Assembly (NCBI GenBank): GCA_016180525.1
Contig: JACPBB010000001.1
Location: forward strand, 75,320-139,319
Direction of reading: 5' to 3'
DNA length: 64,000 bases
Source: Parcubacteria group bacterium
GTDB lineage: Bacteria; Patescibacteriota; Minisyncoccia; Phycocordibacterales; UBA2135
The first letter of the stretch is position 1. Each line of letters begins with the position of its first letter. Shown piece after piece: positions 49,048 to 58,029 of the stretch. Below the pieces are notes generated by a model. It did no database searches and was not told the origin of the DNA. It saw only the letters and a program-made list of their open reading frames with translations. Made by a program: the position numbers and the translations under genes.

Positions 49048-50517
49048 TTATTGTAATTTATCCAGGCTAAGCAGCATATTCCACGTTTTTCCCTTGTCGC
49101 TTGATTTCCAGATGCGCGCTAGATCTGAATTTATGTAGATGACATTCGGATCAATCGGGTCAAAGACGATGTTTGCAACACGATGGTCATTGGTAATACC
49201 GTTCGGAAGTTTTCCTACGGCATTCCACGTTCTACCGCCGTTGGTACTCTCAAAAATGTCATTTGGCTGGGCATATAGATTGACTCCGATCAGTTTCGTG
49301 CCGGTTTCATCATGCGGATTGTAACGCGCGAAGTTGACCATCATATTATCCGGTTCAAGGAGACTGCCATCGATTGAGTAATAAATTTTATCCATATTAT
49401 CCTTGCTGGCCATAATATAAAAACGGTTTAAATCCACCGCTGAGACATCAAGATGCCTTATGCCAAGGTCAAGCGTAGCACCAAGTTTCGTCCAGCTCTC
49501 TCCGGCATCATTAGTTTCCAAAAACCCCCATTGTTCGTCTGTAGATTTTTTGTCGACATTGGTGCCGCTTGGCAACCCAAACGTGGCCAACCTCAACCTC
49601 TTCGGATCCCGGACATCAATGAAAATTCCAGGCACTCTTAAATCTGGAAACAGTCCGGTCGAAAGCTCTTTCCATGTTTTGCCATTATCCACCGTTTTGT
49701 AGACAATACCTTTCGTTACAAAAGTCTTGCCCTTATCGGGGCCATCCATGCCTTGAGGCAAAGCCGATGTCGTGACATACACTATGTTCGTATCCGTTGG
49801 ATTCATGACCGCACTTTCCGTATAGGCACTCATCTCGCTCGTGAAAAGTTGGTGCCAGGTGGCACCGCCGTCCAAACTTTCAGAAAGCCCCCCAAGTCCT
49901 TCTCCCACTTTTCCTGGAGCACTGCCGCCCGGAGCCAACAGGCGCTGTGGATTTGAAGGATCTATATACAGGTGGAAACGAAGTTCATAACAAGGCTTTG
50001 ATGGATCATCGTTTCGAGGCAAGCCCTTAAGTCCCTTCCCCGAAAAACTCCACGTATTGCCGCCGTCAACACTTTTATATAGACCCTTATACTCTACATT
50101 GATATACATTTCCTTGTTGTTTTTTGGATTAACCACAAACGCCTGTTCAGTTCTGTAGTTATCAAAACCCAACCTTGGATAGCAGTTCACCGGATGTCCT
50201 TGGACAACATCGCTCTCAGCCACTGTTCTTGGTTTACTAGGAAAAGATATTTTCTGAAGCGTTGTTGCCGGCTTAGATTTTCCGAGATCTGTCTCGGATA
50301 CATTTTCTTGGCCGGATTTTGGCATGTCTGCGCGTGGTATTGCCTCTTCAATATTTTGCATACTACGAGCGGAGCTCTGCGGCTCATTTATGATTTCTTC
50401 CGGCCCTTCTCGTTCTGATTGTGTTGAAAAATAAAAATGACTGCCCAGTCCGGCTGCCACGATGACAGCTACAATTCCAATAATGAAAATATGAGTGAAT
50501 CCCCTTTCGGTTTTCAT
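49048..50517 (-). CDS. Membrane-anchored BNR/Asp-box beta-propeller protein with pilin-like N-terminus
   Basis: MKTERGFT plus hydrophobic helix; repeated (S/T)xDxGx(T/S)W boxes. Confidence 0.8.
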   Translation of the reverse strand: MKTERGFTHIFIIGIVAVIVAAGLGSHFYFSTQSEREGPEEIINEPQSSARSMQNIEEAIPRADMPKSGQENVSETDLGKSKPATTLQKISFPSKPRTVAESDVVQGHPVNCYPRLGFDNYRTEQAFVVNPKNNKEMYINVEYKGLYKSVDGGNTWSFSGKGLKGLPRNDDPSKPCYELRFHLYIDPSNPQRLLAPGGSAPGKVGEGLGGLSESLDGGATWHQLFTSEMSAYTESAVMNPTDTNIVYVTTSALPQGMDGPDKGKTFVTKGIVYKTVDNGKTWKELSTGLFPDLRVPGIFIDVRDPKRLRLATFGLPSGTNVDKKSTDEQWGFLETNDAGESWTKLGATLDLGIRHLDVSAVDLNRFYIMASKDNMDKIYYSIDGSLLEPDNMMVNFARYNPHDETGTKLIGVNLYAQPNDIFESTNGGRTWNAVGKLPNGITNDHRVANIVFDPIDPNVIYINSDLARIWKSSDKGKTWNMLLSLDKLQ

Positions 50518-50736
50518 GTTTTTTATTGTATCAAAACTTTTATGACACTCAAAAACTAGGAGAATTCGGAGAGAGTGCTGCAAAGGCCAGAGAAAAAAAT
50601 TCGTTCAGCAAAACTTTAACCGGAAACACCTCTTCCTGCCTTGTCATTCATGGCATATCCAGCTACGCACGCTTGATATTAAGGCTAAATTTTTTTCAAC
50701 ATATTGTAAATCTCTTGTCTATACCAAAAAATATTT

Positions 50737-51058
50737 ACCCCCACACCTGTTTTCTTTTTCTCCTCAAATCGTTATTATATCTAGATGTTTTATGTGTATA
50801 TTTTAAAAAGCAAACAGGATCATAGGTTATATGTGGGTTCAACCAATAATTTAAAGCGTAGATTTGCTGAGCATAACAAAAATCTGGTATACTCAACAAA
50901 ATCCCGCGCTCCATTTGAGTTGCGTTATTATGAAGCATATCACTCTGAAAAAGATGCTAGATATCGTGAACGCTCATTAAAGAAAGGCGGCAATGCGCTT
51001 GCGCAACTCAAACGAAGAATTGTAAAAAGTATATTCTAAAGAAAATAGGTGTGGGGGT
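50737..51058. mobile_element. GIY-YIG gene flanked by 21-bp inverted repeats
   Basis: acccccacacctgttttcttt (50737-50757) and aaagaaaataggtgtgggggt (51038-51058), 1 mismatch. Confidence 0.6.
50785..51039 (+). CDS. GIY-YIG nuclease (small stand-alone type)
   Basis: FYVYIL...LYVGSTNNLKRR..EHN, YYEAY..E.DA..RE..LK. Confidence 0.92.
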   Translation: MFYVYILKSKQDHRLYVGSTNNLKRRFAEHNKNLVYSTKSRAPFELRYYEAYHSEKDARYRERSLKKGGNALAQLKRRIVKSIF

Positions 51059-51100
51059 TTACGTTTAAACATAAATCGTCTACAATACAGAGTTATAAGT

Positions 51101-51601
51101 ATGACAATCGCAAAAGTATATTTAATCGGATCATTAAGAAACCCTGAAGTCCCGCAGATAGCAAATAAAATACGGGAGCTCGGGTTTGAAGTTTTTGATG
51201 ACTGGCACGCCGCCGGACCGGAAGCGGATGATAAGTGGAGAGATTATGAAAAATCAAGAGGCCGCACGTATAAAGAGGCACTTGATGGGTTGGCGGCAAA
51301 CCATGTATATCATTTTGACTTAAAACATCTGGATGAATCCCATATCACCATTTTGCATTTACCCGCGGGAAAATCGGGCCATCTTGAACTTGGGTACGCA
51401 ATCGGAAAAGGCAAGAAGGGCTACATTCTCCTTGATAGCGCCGAGCGATGGGATGTGATGTACAAGTTTGCTCATGGAGTATTCCATAATTTTGATGAAC
51501 TGTTGGAAGAATTAAATCGGATAAAAAGCGAATTTGTACAACCTGAAAAAATAAATAATGAGTCCGGTATTCATCAGGACGATTATTCACTTCAATTTTA
51601 A
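51101..51601 (+). CDS. Nucleoside 2-deoxyribosyltransferase-like protein
   Basis: KVYLIGS, GFEVFDDW, D..HLD, GKSGHLELGYAIGKGK. Confidence 0.7.
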   Translation: MTIAKVYLIGSLRNPEVPQIANKIRELGFEVFDDWHAAGPEADDKWRDYEKSRGRTYKEALDGLAANHVYHFDLKHLDESHITILHLPAGKSGHLELGYAIGKGKKGYILLDSAERWDVMYKFAHGVFHNFDELLEELNRIKSEFVQPEKINNESGIHQDDYSLQF

Positions 51602-51690
51602 CTTGTCTCAACTCCCCACTCTGATAAACATCGGAGCGGGGGTTTATTTTATATCTGAAATGCGCAAGGCGCTAATAATTTGAGATTTTT

Positions 51691-53532
51691 TTAGCCAATT
51701 GCAACTCCGTGATATGTTGAAATGCCGGATATTTGCATCATTGCGGGTGTATATCCTCGTTTGGGACGTATGGCAGAACCCGAAAGCGGCACAGAGGTAT
51801 CCGGAACAAATATGGAAGGGTGAGAAAGAGGGTCTGGTGCGAATTCCTGTTTAAATAAGTCACCGCGTTTCGTTGCCTTAATCCAGTGCTCTTCAATTTT
51901 GGTACCAAGCGGCGTTGATGGGTGACCGGTTGTAGTTGCACCTTGTTCACTTGGGGCCACAAAAAAAGGAATATATACGCCTTGTTTTGCCATTTCTCGC
52001 GCAAACTCTTCCGCAAAATCACTTTGATAGCACGCGTTAGAAAGTATGACATCATCTTCCGGTTTTTTAACTCCATCACGATATCGGCTCGCAAAAGCTT
52101 CCGCGAGTTTTTTAGGTGAAAGGTACCTGCTTGTGTTCAATGTTACAACATTGCCTCCACCCAAATCCTGACCCCCATCACGAAAATAAATACCGTCTGG
52201 GGAGCCGTGCGCAAAAATATACAATATCATTTCCGCTGGAGCGTCAATAATCGCTTTTGTGGCAACCGTTTCAGGGTCAGACTCATCACCACTCACATGT
52301 ACAAAGGAACCCCCCTCACGCGCAACACGCTCTTTAATCGCATTGAGTTTTTCGGGAGTTGCAAATAATGGCACCCCCTTCTTTTTTTCGTTGTGTGTAA
52401 GAACTACCGCGTTTTTAGGGATTAGTTTATTCATGTTTTTGCCCCGCTCCTCTTCAATCGCAAAAGATGCTCGTTTGATTCCATTTTCATCCAATGACTC
52501 ATTTCTATTAAAAAGATACTGCATAACGTGTGCGGCTCTGTGCATGAGCTGTATGGGGTTGACCCCGTATTTTATTTGCGTTTCGTGAAGCATTGCAAGG
52601 CTAGCTTCTTGTTTCTTTTTGTTAAATCCTTCAAAAGCTACTCTCATTAATTGTTCTCGCCATTGTGTAAATTCAGTATCACCAAAAAGCGTTGAAGATT
52701 TTTTTAAATATTTAGCAATCAGCATAAGAGTGGGATCATCAATGGTCTCAAAGGCTAGATTAGAGGCTATATTCTCCATTACCTCAAGTTGTTTTATATG
52801 CTGCAAAGACAGCAAAGTAAGAAATAGCTGCCGCGGGCGCGGTGGCAATGCCTCACGAATTTTTTTCTTATCAGGTTCAGAAATAAGTTCAGAAGAAAGA
52901 ATAACATCTATTTCATTGTAATGCGTGCTACCTTGTTTGCGTATATTTTCAAGAAGAATATCGGCCGCTCCTGGCACTTTGTTATATTTTTCATAATAAG
53001 ATACGGCAACGGCATATCGGGATAGTGCCCTTCGCACTAAGTCAGGGGCATTTGGAGTCGCGGAAAAAGAATTTGCGTTTATAATAAAATAAAAAGGAGA
53101 TCTTTCCGCGAGTTTTTTAATAACCTCTTGATCACGGCCCGGAGATTGCCAACTGCTATAATGCTCCAACAGTACCTGCGCTATACGTTCTCCTGTTTTT
53201 GTATTTGGAAATTCTATAGCTATCCGTTTTGCAAACGTAAATTTTTCATCCTTTGCAAGCCCCGTAAAAATTTTTTCAGCTTTTTCAAGAAACGCGGATT
53301 CAGATTTGTAATCATATGTGTCACTGAGTTTTGTAAGTAACAATTCCGTATATGATTTATTGACCGCTTCAGCGGGGACCCTTGTTTCGTAGACTGCACG
53401 AGGATGAGTGGTAGTATCGAGCGCATTTGCTTCCAGTGCTTGAGATGCGGGTGCCGTGGCAAGAAATGCCGCTACCACCTTAGCTGTTTTAGCGGCTTTT
53501 GTCGGTTTAAAATTTCGTTCCCCTTCTTTCAT
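51691..53532 (-). CDS. Large putative exported protein with C-terminal caspase-like (clan CD) His-Cys motifs
   Basis: N-terminal Ala-rich segment; ILYIFAHGSPDG and VILSNACYQ. Confidence 0.6.
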   Translation of the reverse strand: MKEGERNFKPTKAAKTAKVVAAFLATAPASQALEANALDTTTHPRAVYETRVPAEAVNKSYTELLLTKLSDTYDYKSESAFLEKAEKIFTGLAKDEKFTFAKRIAIEFPNTKTGERIAQVLLEHYSSWQSPGRDQEVIKKLAERSPFYFIINANSFSATPNAPDLVRRALSRYAVAVSYYEKYNKVPGAADILLENIRKQGSTHYNEIDVILSSELISEPDKKKIREALPPRPRQLFLTLLSLQHIKQLEVMENIASNLAFETIDDPTLMLIAKYLKKSSTLFGDTEFTQWREQLMRVAFEGFNKKKQEASLAMLHETQIKYGVNPIQLMHRAAHVMQYLFNRNESLDENGIKRASFAIEEERGKNMNKLIPKNAVVLTHNEKKKGVPLFATPEKLNAIKERVAREGGSFVHVSGDESDPETVATKAIIDAPAEMILYIFAHGSPDGIYFRDGGQDLGGGNVVTLNTSRYLSPKKLAEAFASRYRDGVKKPEDDVILSNACYQSDFAEEFAREMAKQGVYIPFFVAPSEQGATTTGHPSTPLGTKIEEHWIKATKRGDLFKQEFAPDPLSHPSIFVPDTSVPLSGSAIRPKRGYTPAMMQISGISTYHGVAIG

Positions 53533-53608
53533 AAGCCTATTTTAACACATCTGAGATAGTTTGACTTATAGCTAAAAATGTATTAATTTTCAAAGAGCGT
53601 TTCCGGTT

Positions 53609-54196
53609 TTGAGGAGGAGACTTTTGACTAAGATTCTTTCCCTTGCTCTGCATAGAGTGATACGCCGCGTCGGAGTCAATATCCTCGTCTGTGTAGTACT
53701 TTTGAATATGGCGCTCGGGTGGGTGCTTGACCGCCTGCACGAAGCAACTCACGCGCTCATACAAGCGCTTGGTCTCAAGCACCTTGAGGATTGGCTCCGC
53801 AGACAACCTTTGTGGTTTCCCGTGATGCTTATGGTGTGTATGGTAGTAGGTTATGTCGCCTTTAACATATACGAGCTCGCTCTCTTGCTTAACAAACAGA
53901 TCATCTTGGCGCTCGTGCTCAGTACAATCTTTAAGGTCGTGTATCTGGGGATCTTTAACTATCTGATGCACATCTATTCGGAACAATTCCTGGGAATCTG
54001 GTGGATCAGAAAATTGTATGAGCGGTATCAGGCGATACGGGCCTTTGTGCTCAATTATATTAAGCAACAGCCGTGGTACACGCGCGCGGTTATCATTAAA
54101 AATATGATTAAAGACCGCGCGAAAGAATTTTTGAAAACTTCGCCGATGTTCGCTCTCGCAAAACGATTATTGCGACGCAAATCAAGTGAGGTATAA
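53609..54196 (+). CDS. Hypothetical membrane protein
   Basis: Three hydrophobic segments; terminator at 54202-54227; start uncertain. Confidence 0.6.
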   Translation: MRRRLLTKILSLALHRVIRRVGVNILVCVVLLNMALGWVLDRLHEATHALIQALGLKHLEDWLRRQPLWFPVMLMVCMVVGYVAFNIYELALLLNKQIILALVLSTIFKVVYLGIFNYLMHIYSEQFLGIWWIRKLYERYQAIRAFVLNYIKQQPWYTRAVIIKNMIKDRAKEFLKTSPMFALAKRLLRRKSSEV

Positions 54197-54298
54197 CACA
54201 AGAAGCGGCCCTCCAGCCGCTTTTTTATTTTTCTTGACACATGCACTAATATGTGATAATTTTTGCACAGTTTGTCATCGCAAAGAAGCGAGAGGTAA

Positions 54299-54865
54299 AT
54301 GAGTATTGCATCCACAGTTTACAACGCCGTACGTGACGCGATAGCTCTTTTTTTTGAGCCGCTCAGCATTGAAGACACGCCACGCTTGCAGAGAAATACT
54401 CCCAAAGTAAAGTCTCTTGTATCCGGTTTTTTAATTACCATAGAGCGGAAAAAAGGGTGTGTGCTTAAGAGTCGTCCTAAGGACTCTCCTGAGGAAACTC
54501 CTTATACAGATTCCGGAGTAGATGAATATTTTGAGGTTACGGTCACATTTGATCCAAAACAGAATGCCCAGTTTCCAAATGCAAAGGGTCCGTGGAAATT
54601 TTTACTCACCAACAGTATGAATAAAAACAGCGGCTATGGTTTTTCCGGGCGCGTTCACTACCAACCGCGTGGAGACAAATTCAAAATAATCGAAGTTGCG
54701 GAGGCATATGAAGATTACCGTCATGCCGATATCATAGGAGGTGGTAGACCTTCACCCGAGATGGTTGTATGGGTGCGAATCCATGTACAACAAGCAAACG
54801 GTACAACAACATACTCTGGAAACGGAATTGCCTGCCGACCCTGTTCTTCAGAAACTGGTATATAA
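54299..54865 (+). CDS. Hypothetical protein
   Basis: TTGACA at about 54234, GAGAGG SD, terminator at about 54877-54900. Confidence 0.7.
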   Translation: MSIASTVYNAVRDAIALFFEPLSIEDTPRLQRNTPKVKSLVSGFLITIERKKGCVLKSRPKDSPEETPYTDSGVDEYFEVTVTFDPKQNAQFPNAKGPWKFLLTNSMNKNSGYGFSGRVHYQPRGDKFKIIEVAEAYEDYRHADIIGGGRPSPEMVVWVRIHVQQANGTTTYSGNGIACRPCSSETGI

Positions 54866-54936
54866 TAATTTTTCTCGCCATCCCTTGGGGTGGCTTTTTT
54901 GTTTTTATAAAATAAAAAAATGAGTATACTTTTATT

Positions 54937-55281
54937 ATGGAAGAGCAGTGTTCTGTATGCAAAATAATACCAAAAGTTCTCGGCAAAAAATTTTTCTTTC
55001 ATCTTTTTGGGCACGAGTATCCAAAACTTTTCTCCAAAGATGTTGCAAAACATCTTATCGGTCTTAATTTAAAACTCGTCGGCGGACTCTCAACGCGCGG
55101 GTGGACCGTGCATGATGTTGACGTAACTGGAGAGAAAAAGGACGCCGCCGTTTTAGAAGAACGTCTGCGCAAGGACAACATCCCCCATCCTATCCATCTC
55201 TGTAGACAAAAACCAAACCACTCCCACTTTCTCTGCGCGTTAAACGGCATAAAACTCGTCCTCACCGGAAGGGGGTATTAA
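54937..55281 (+). CDS. Hypothetical protein (CxxC, His/Cys-rich)
   Basis: 114 aa ORF; its 3' end is duplicated at 57002-57042. Confidence 0.6.
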   Translation: MEEQCSVCKIIPKVLGKKFFFHLFGHEYPKLFSKDVAKHLIGLNLKLVGGLSTRGWTVHDVDVTGEKKDAAVLEERLRKDNIPHPIHLCRQKPNHSHFLCALNGIKLVLTGRGY

Positions 55282-55350
55282 AAATTGACAATTTTATTTC
55301 AATACAATAAGATTTATTTCAGTTTGCGGTCAACAAAAAGAGAGGTAGAA

Positions 55351-55923
55351 ATGCTATACGAAGACTATATGGTAGTTGCCTGTGGCATGCGCGAGAGTAA
55401 GGAACGATCAACATATTTTTGCGAACTAGTGGGAAACAGTGGATTTGGAGGCAGGAATCATAAAATTAACTTTAGTTTGATAATCAAAGGATGCGTAGGA
55501 GAGAAAGAATACCGTGCCAAATATGATGCTGTTATGCCGCACATTAAAGTAGGAGATCTGCTACATTGTGAGTTTGTTTGGCAGTGGCACGGTGATTTTC
55601 TCAATTTATGCCTGTCTGGGTTTATTCAGGTAAAACCATGCCGATTAGGATCAATCCAAAATGTTTCCGCTGAAGATTTTCTTAACCCTGATAGGGGCTA
55701 CTGGGTAAGAACAAAAGTCGTCGGAAAATGGGTCCACTTTCCCGGAGTCATTCACTGTGGCGGTAATGCGTTTATTCCCCTAAACTTGAGGAGTGGGTAT
55801 CCTCAGTTAGTAGATTCAGGTTATTCAGAATCAGCACAAGGCGCCCTCGTGTGGAAGCCAAAACCGAAACGACTGGTACGAAACATCGTGAGGGAATTCT
55901 TCAAACCACTCTTTCAAGAATAA
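55351..55923 (+). CDS. Hypothetical protein
   Basis: GAGAGG SD before ATG 55351; terminator agccgac/gtcggct. Confidence 0.65.
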   Translation: MLYEDYMVVACGMRESKERSTYFCELVGNSGFGGRNHKINFSLIIKGCVGEKEYRAKYDAVMPHIKVGDLLHCEFVWQWHGDFLNLCLSGFIQVKPCRLGSIQNVSAEDFLNPDRGYWVRTKVVGKWVHFPGVIHCGGNAFIPLNLRSGYPQLVDSGYSESAQGALVWKPKPKRLVRNIVREFFKPLFQE

Positions 55924-56025
55924 TTTGAGTTAGCCGACAGATAGTCGGCTTTTTCTTTTTTAGAAAACTTGACATTTTTATTGTGGTAATGTAATATTTA
56001 TTTCGGACAAAAAGGAGGTTTCCGA

Positions 56026-56493
56026 ATGGCTACAACTAAGTACCCGCCCATTTCTCCCGGAACACTTGTGAAGACAACGCAGCCAAATTTGAATTTAAGA
56101 CATCAGTGGACAGATGAAGGGTGGGCAAGTAAGAAGTCGTGGGTTCAAGGAAAGGTCATCACCCACCACGATTCTCATGGCCTTTGCTATGATGTAGAGC
56201 ACGAGGACGGAACGGTGGGCTGCTATGATCCATCAGAGATTGAAGCGGTTCGAGAGACACCCGATCTCGCAAGAGAGGAGAGGCGGAGAGAAGCAGAGAT
56301 GGTTCTCCATCATGATGATTCTCCCTGTACCGCGCGCTTGAACAAAAATGGATACTGCCCTGAATGTAAATTTGTTCCGGATATGCAGAGTACGTGTTTT
56401 TATTATTACTGTCCCGCATGCAATATTCCATTACCCTCAAAAAGCATGACTTGCACCCAGTGTAACCATACCTTCGCGAAGCCCGGTAAATAG
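56026..56493 (+). CDS. Hypothetical protein: SH3/KOW-like N-terminus plus Cys-rich Zn-finger C-terminus
   Basis: AAGGAGG SD; PGTLVKT..GKVI..YDVEHEDG; CPEC, CPAC, CTQC. Confidence 0.7.
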   Translation: MATTKYPPISPGTLVKTTQPNLNLRHQWTDEGWASKKSWVQGKVITHHDSHGLCYDVEHEDGTVGCYDPSEIEAVRETPDLAREERRREAEMVLHHDDSPCTARLNKNGYCPECKFVPDMQSTCFYYYCPACNIPLPSKSMTCTQCNHTFAKPGK

Positions 56494-56588
56494 CCGGGTT
56501 TTTCTTTTTTACATTTACTAGATATTATATTTGAGTTGTGATATGTTGGTAGCAGATAAAATCAGCCTCTGTAAGTGAGAAAGCCGAG

Positions 56589-56951
56589 ATGAAAACACCG
56601 CGCATCAGCTTTAACATTCGGATTGACGATAAAGGCTCCTTTTCCGGAAAGCAAATAATGAATGCCGTACGCAAAGTAGCGGGAGACGCTTACCACGAAG
56701 TTCTTGTAGAGGTCAAAGATGACAGAATGTTTTATGAGATAGGACATAATTCACCAAGTCCGGAAAGCGATTGCGTTGTTTCCGCCGATGGTGGCAATAT
56801 ATGTCCCCAAGAAAGATATAGTGAGGTAATAACAATACAATCTCATAAACATGAGGGAGAAAAGTTTGCGGTTAATGTGCCCCTTGAAACAGCCGTGAAA
56901 AGACTTCGTGATTTAAGCAAACAAGTTGCATCCATTCTGTTAAAAAAGTAA
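56589..56951 (+). CDS. Hypothetical protein
   Basis: 120 aa ORF; terminator aatccgc/gcggatt. Confidence 0.65.
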   Translation: MKTPRISFNIRIDDKGSFSGKQIMNAVRKVAGDAYHEVLVEVKDDRMFYEIGHNSPSPESDCVVSADGGNICPQERYSEVITIQSHKHEGEKFAVNVPLETAVKRLRDLSKQVASILLKK

Positions 56952-57099
56952 ATGTGAAATCCGCTTGAAAGCGGATTTTTTATATCTTATTCACAAAAAT
57001 TTAAAACTCATCCTCACCGGAAGGGGGTATTAAAAAATTGACGTTTTTGTCTTCCTGTGTTATTTTTAAAACAGAGGTTCGGTCAATGAGAGGTGCGGC

Positions 57100-57897
57100 G
57101 TGAAAGAACTTTTTGTACTCGGAGCACATGATCCGGAGATGGTCCGCATTATTGCCCTTTTAGAGGGTGCGGGAAAAAATTTTATCTATGCAAAAAAAGA
57201 CGGAGAGCGAGTCCGCTCCGGTACTGCATATGAAGCAAATAATAAAGATGAAATACCCGATACTGTCCGAGTGATTTTTGTTGAGTGTGAAGTGGCCGGC
57301 GTAATGCCATCATTTCGTATTGATCACCACCGCCCCGGAGATCCCGGATATGACAAGCGACCGGAAGAATATTTGCTTGGATCATCTCTCGGACAATTGT
57401 GTGCGTATCTTGAGAGAACACCCACCGAGGAAGATACAGTAATTGCGGCTATGGATCATTGCTTTCACGCCGCAGTAAAAGGCCTGTGCCCCGGAGTTTC
57501 TCCGTCCGCTGTGCTTAAAATGAAAATTGAAAAAATCGCAGAGGGGTACAATTGTTCCACCAAAGAGGTTGAAAAAGAGATAAGGCGATTTCAAGAAATA
57601 ATCAGCACTTCCGAAACCATCCTCATAGGTGATCAATCTGTGCATGATGTCATTGGATCTTTAGGAGTTGGCTACACATTACAATTGCTTACAGCCTTAA
57701 CGGCAGCAACAATAGAGAGAAAGGCGGTATTACTCCATGCCTTTGACACGAAGGGTGGCCCCGAAAAATTAATTTTAGGCGGCGATGTGCATGAGAAAAC
57801 GGTACGTTATTTTATGCAAATATGGGCACCTGCTAATAGTCTTGAAAAAATTTTTGGAACGCCGAGCAGAGGATATGCCGGAGGATATCGAAAATAA
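57100..57897 (+). CDS. DHH-like phosphoesterase-family protein
   Basis: LGAHDPEM, VEC, IDHH, SSLGQ, AAMDH, C-terminal GxPxRGYAGGY. Confidence 0.65.
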   Translation: MKELFVLGAHDPEMVRIIALLEGAGKNFIYAKKDGERVRSGTAYEANNKDEIPDTVRVIFVECEVAGVMPSFRIDHHRPGDPGYDKRPEEYLLGSSLGQLCAYLERTPTEEDTVIAAMDHCFHAAVKGLCPGVSPSAVLKMKIEKIAEGYNCSTKEVEKEIRRFQEIISTSETILIGDQSVHDVIGSLGVGYTLQLLTALTAATIERKAVLLHAFDTKGGPEKLILGGDVHEKTVRYFMQIWAPANSLEKIFGTPSRGYAGGYRK

Positions 57898-58029
57898 ATG
57901 TAGACTGCTGTAAGGCAGTCTTTTTTAATTAGAAACAAACTCCTTTATGTAGTATGCCCAGTTACATTTGACAAAACGGTATATTATGGGAACCTGTCCG
58001 AAGACAGTTTGTTGACACAGAGGACGCAC

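Larger units (their letters stand above)
55250..57042. repeat. 40-bp direct repeat (55250-55289 / 57002-57042) flanking three cassettes
   Basis: taaaactc(g/a)tcctcaccggaagggggtattaaaaa(a)ttgac at both positions. Confidence 0.9.

Noticed and set aside
50526-50825. 99-aa ORF with YraN-like start (TQKLGEFGE..A)
   Set aside because: The resemblance covers about 12 aa and the rest is not protein-like; at most a decayed fragment.
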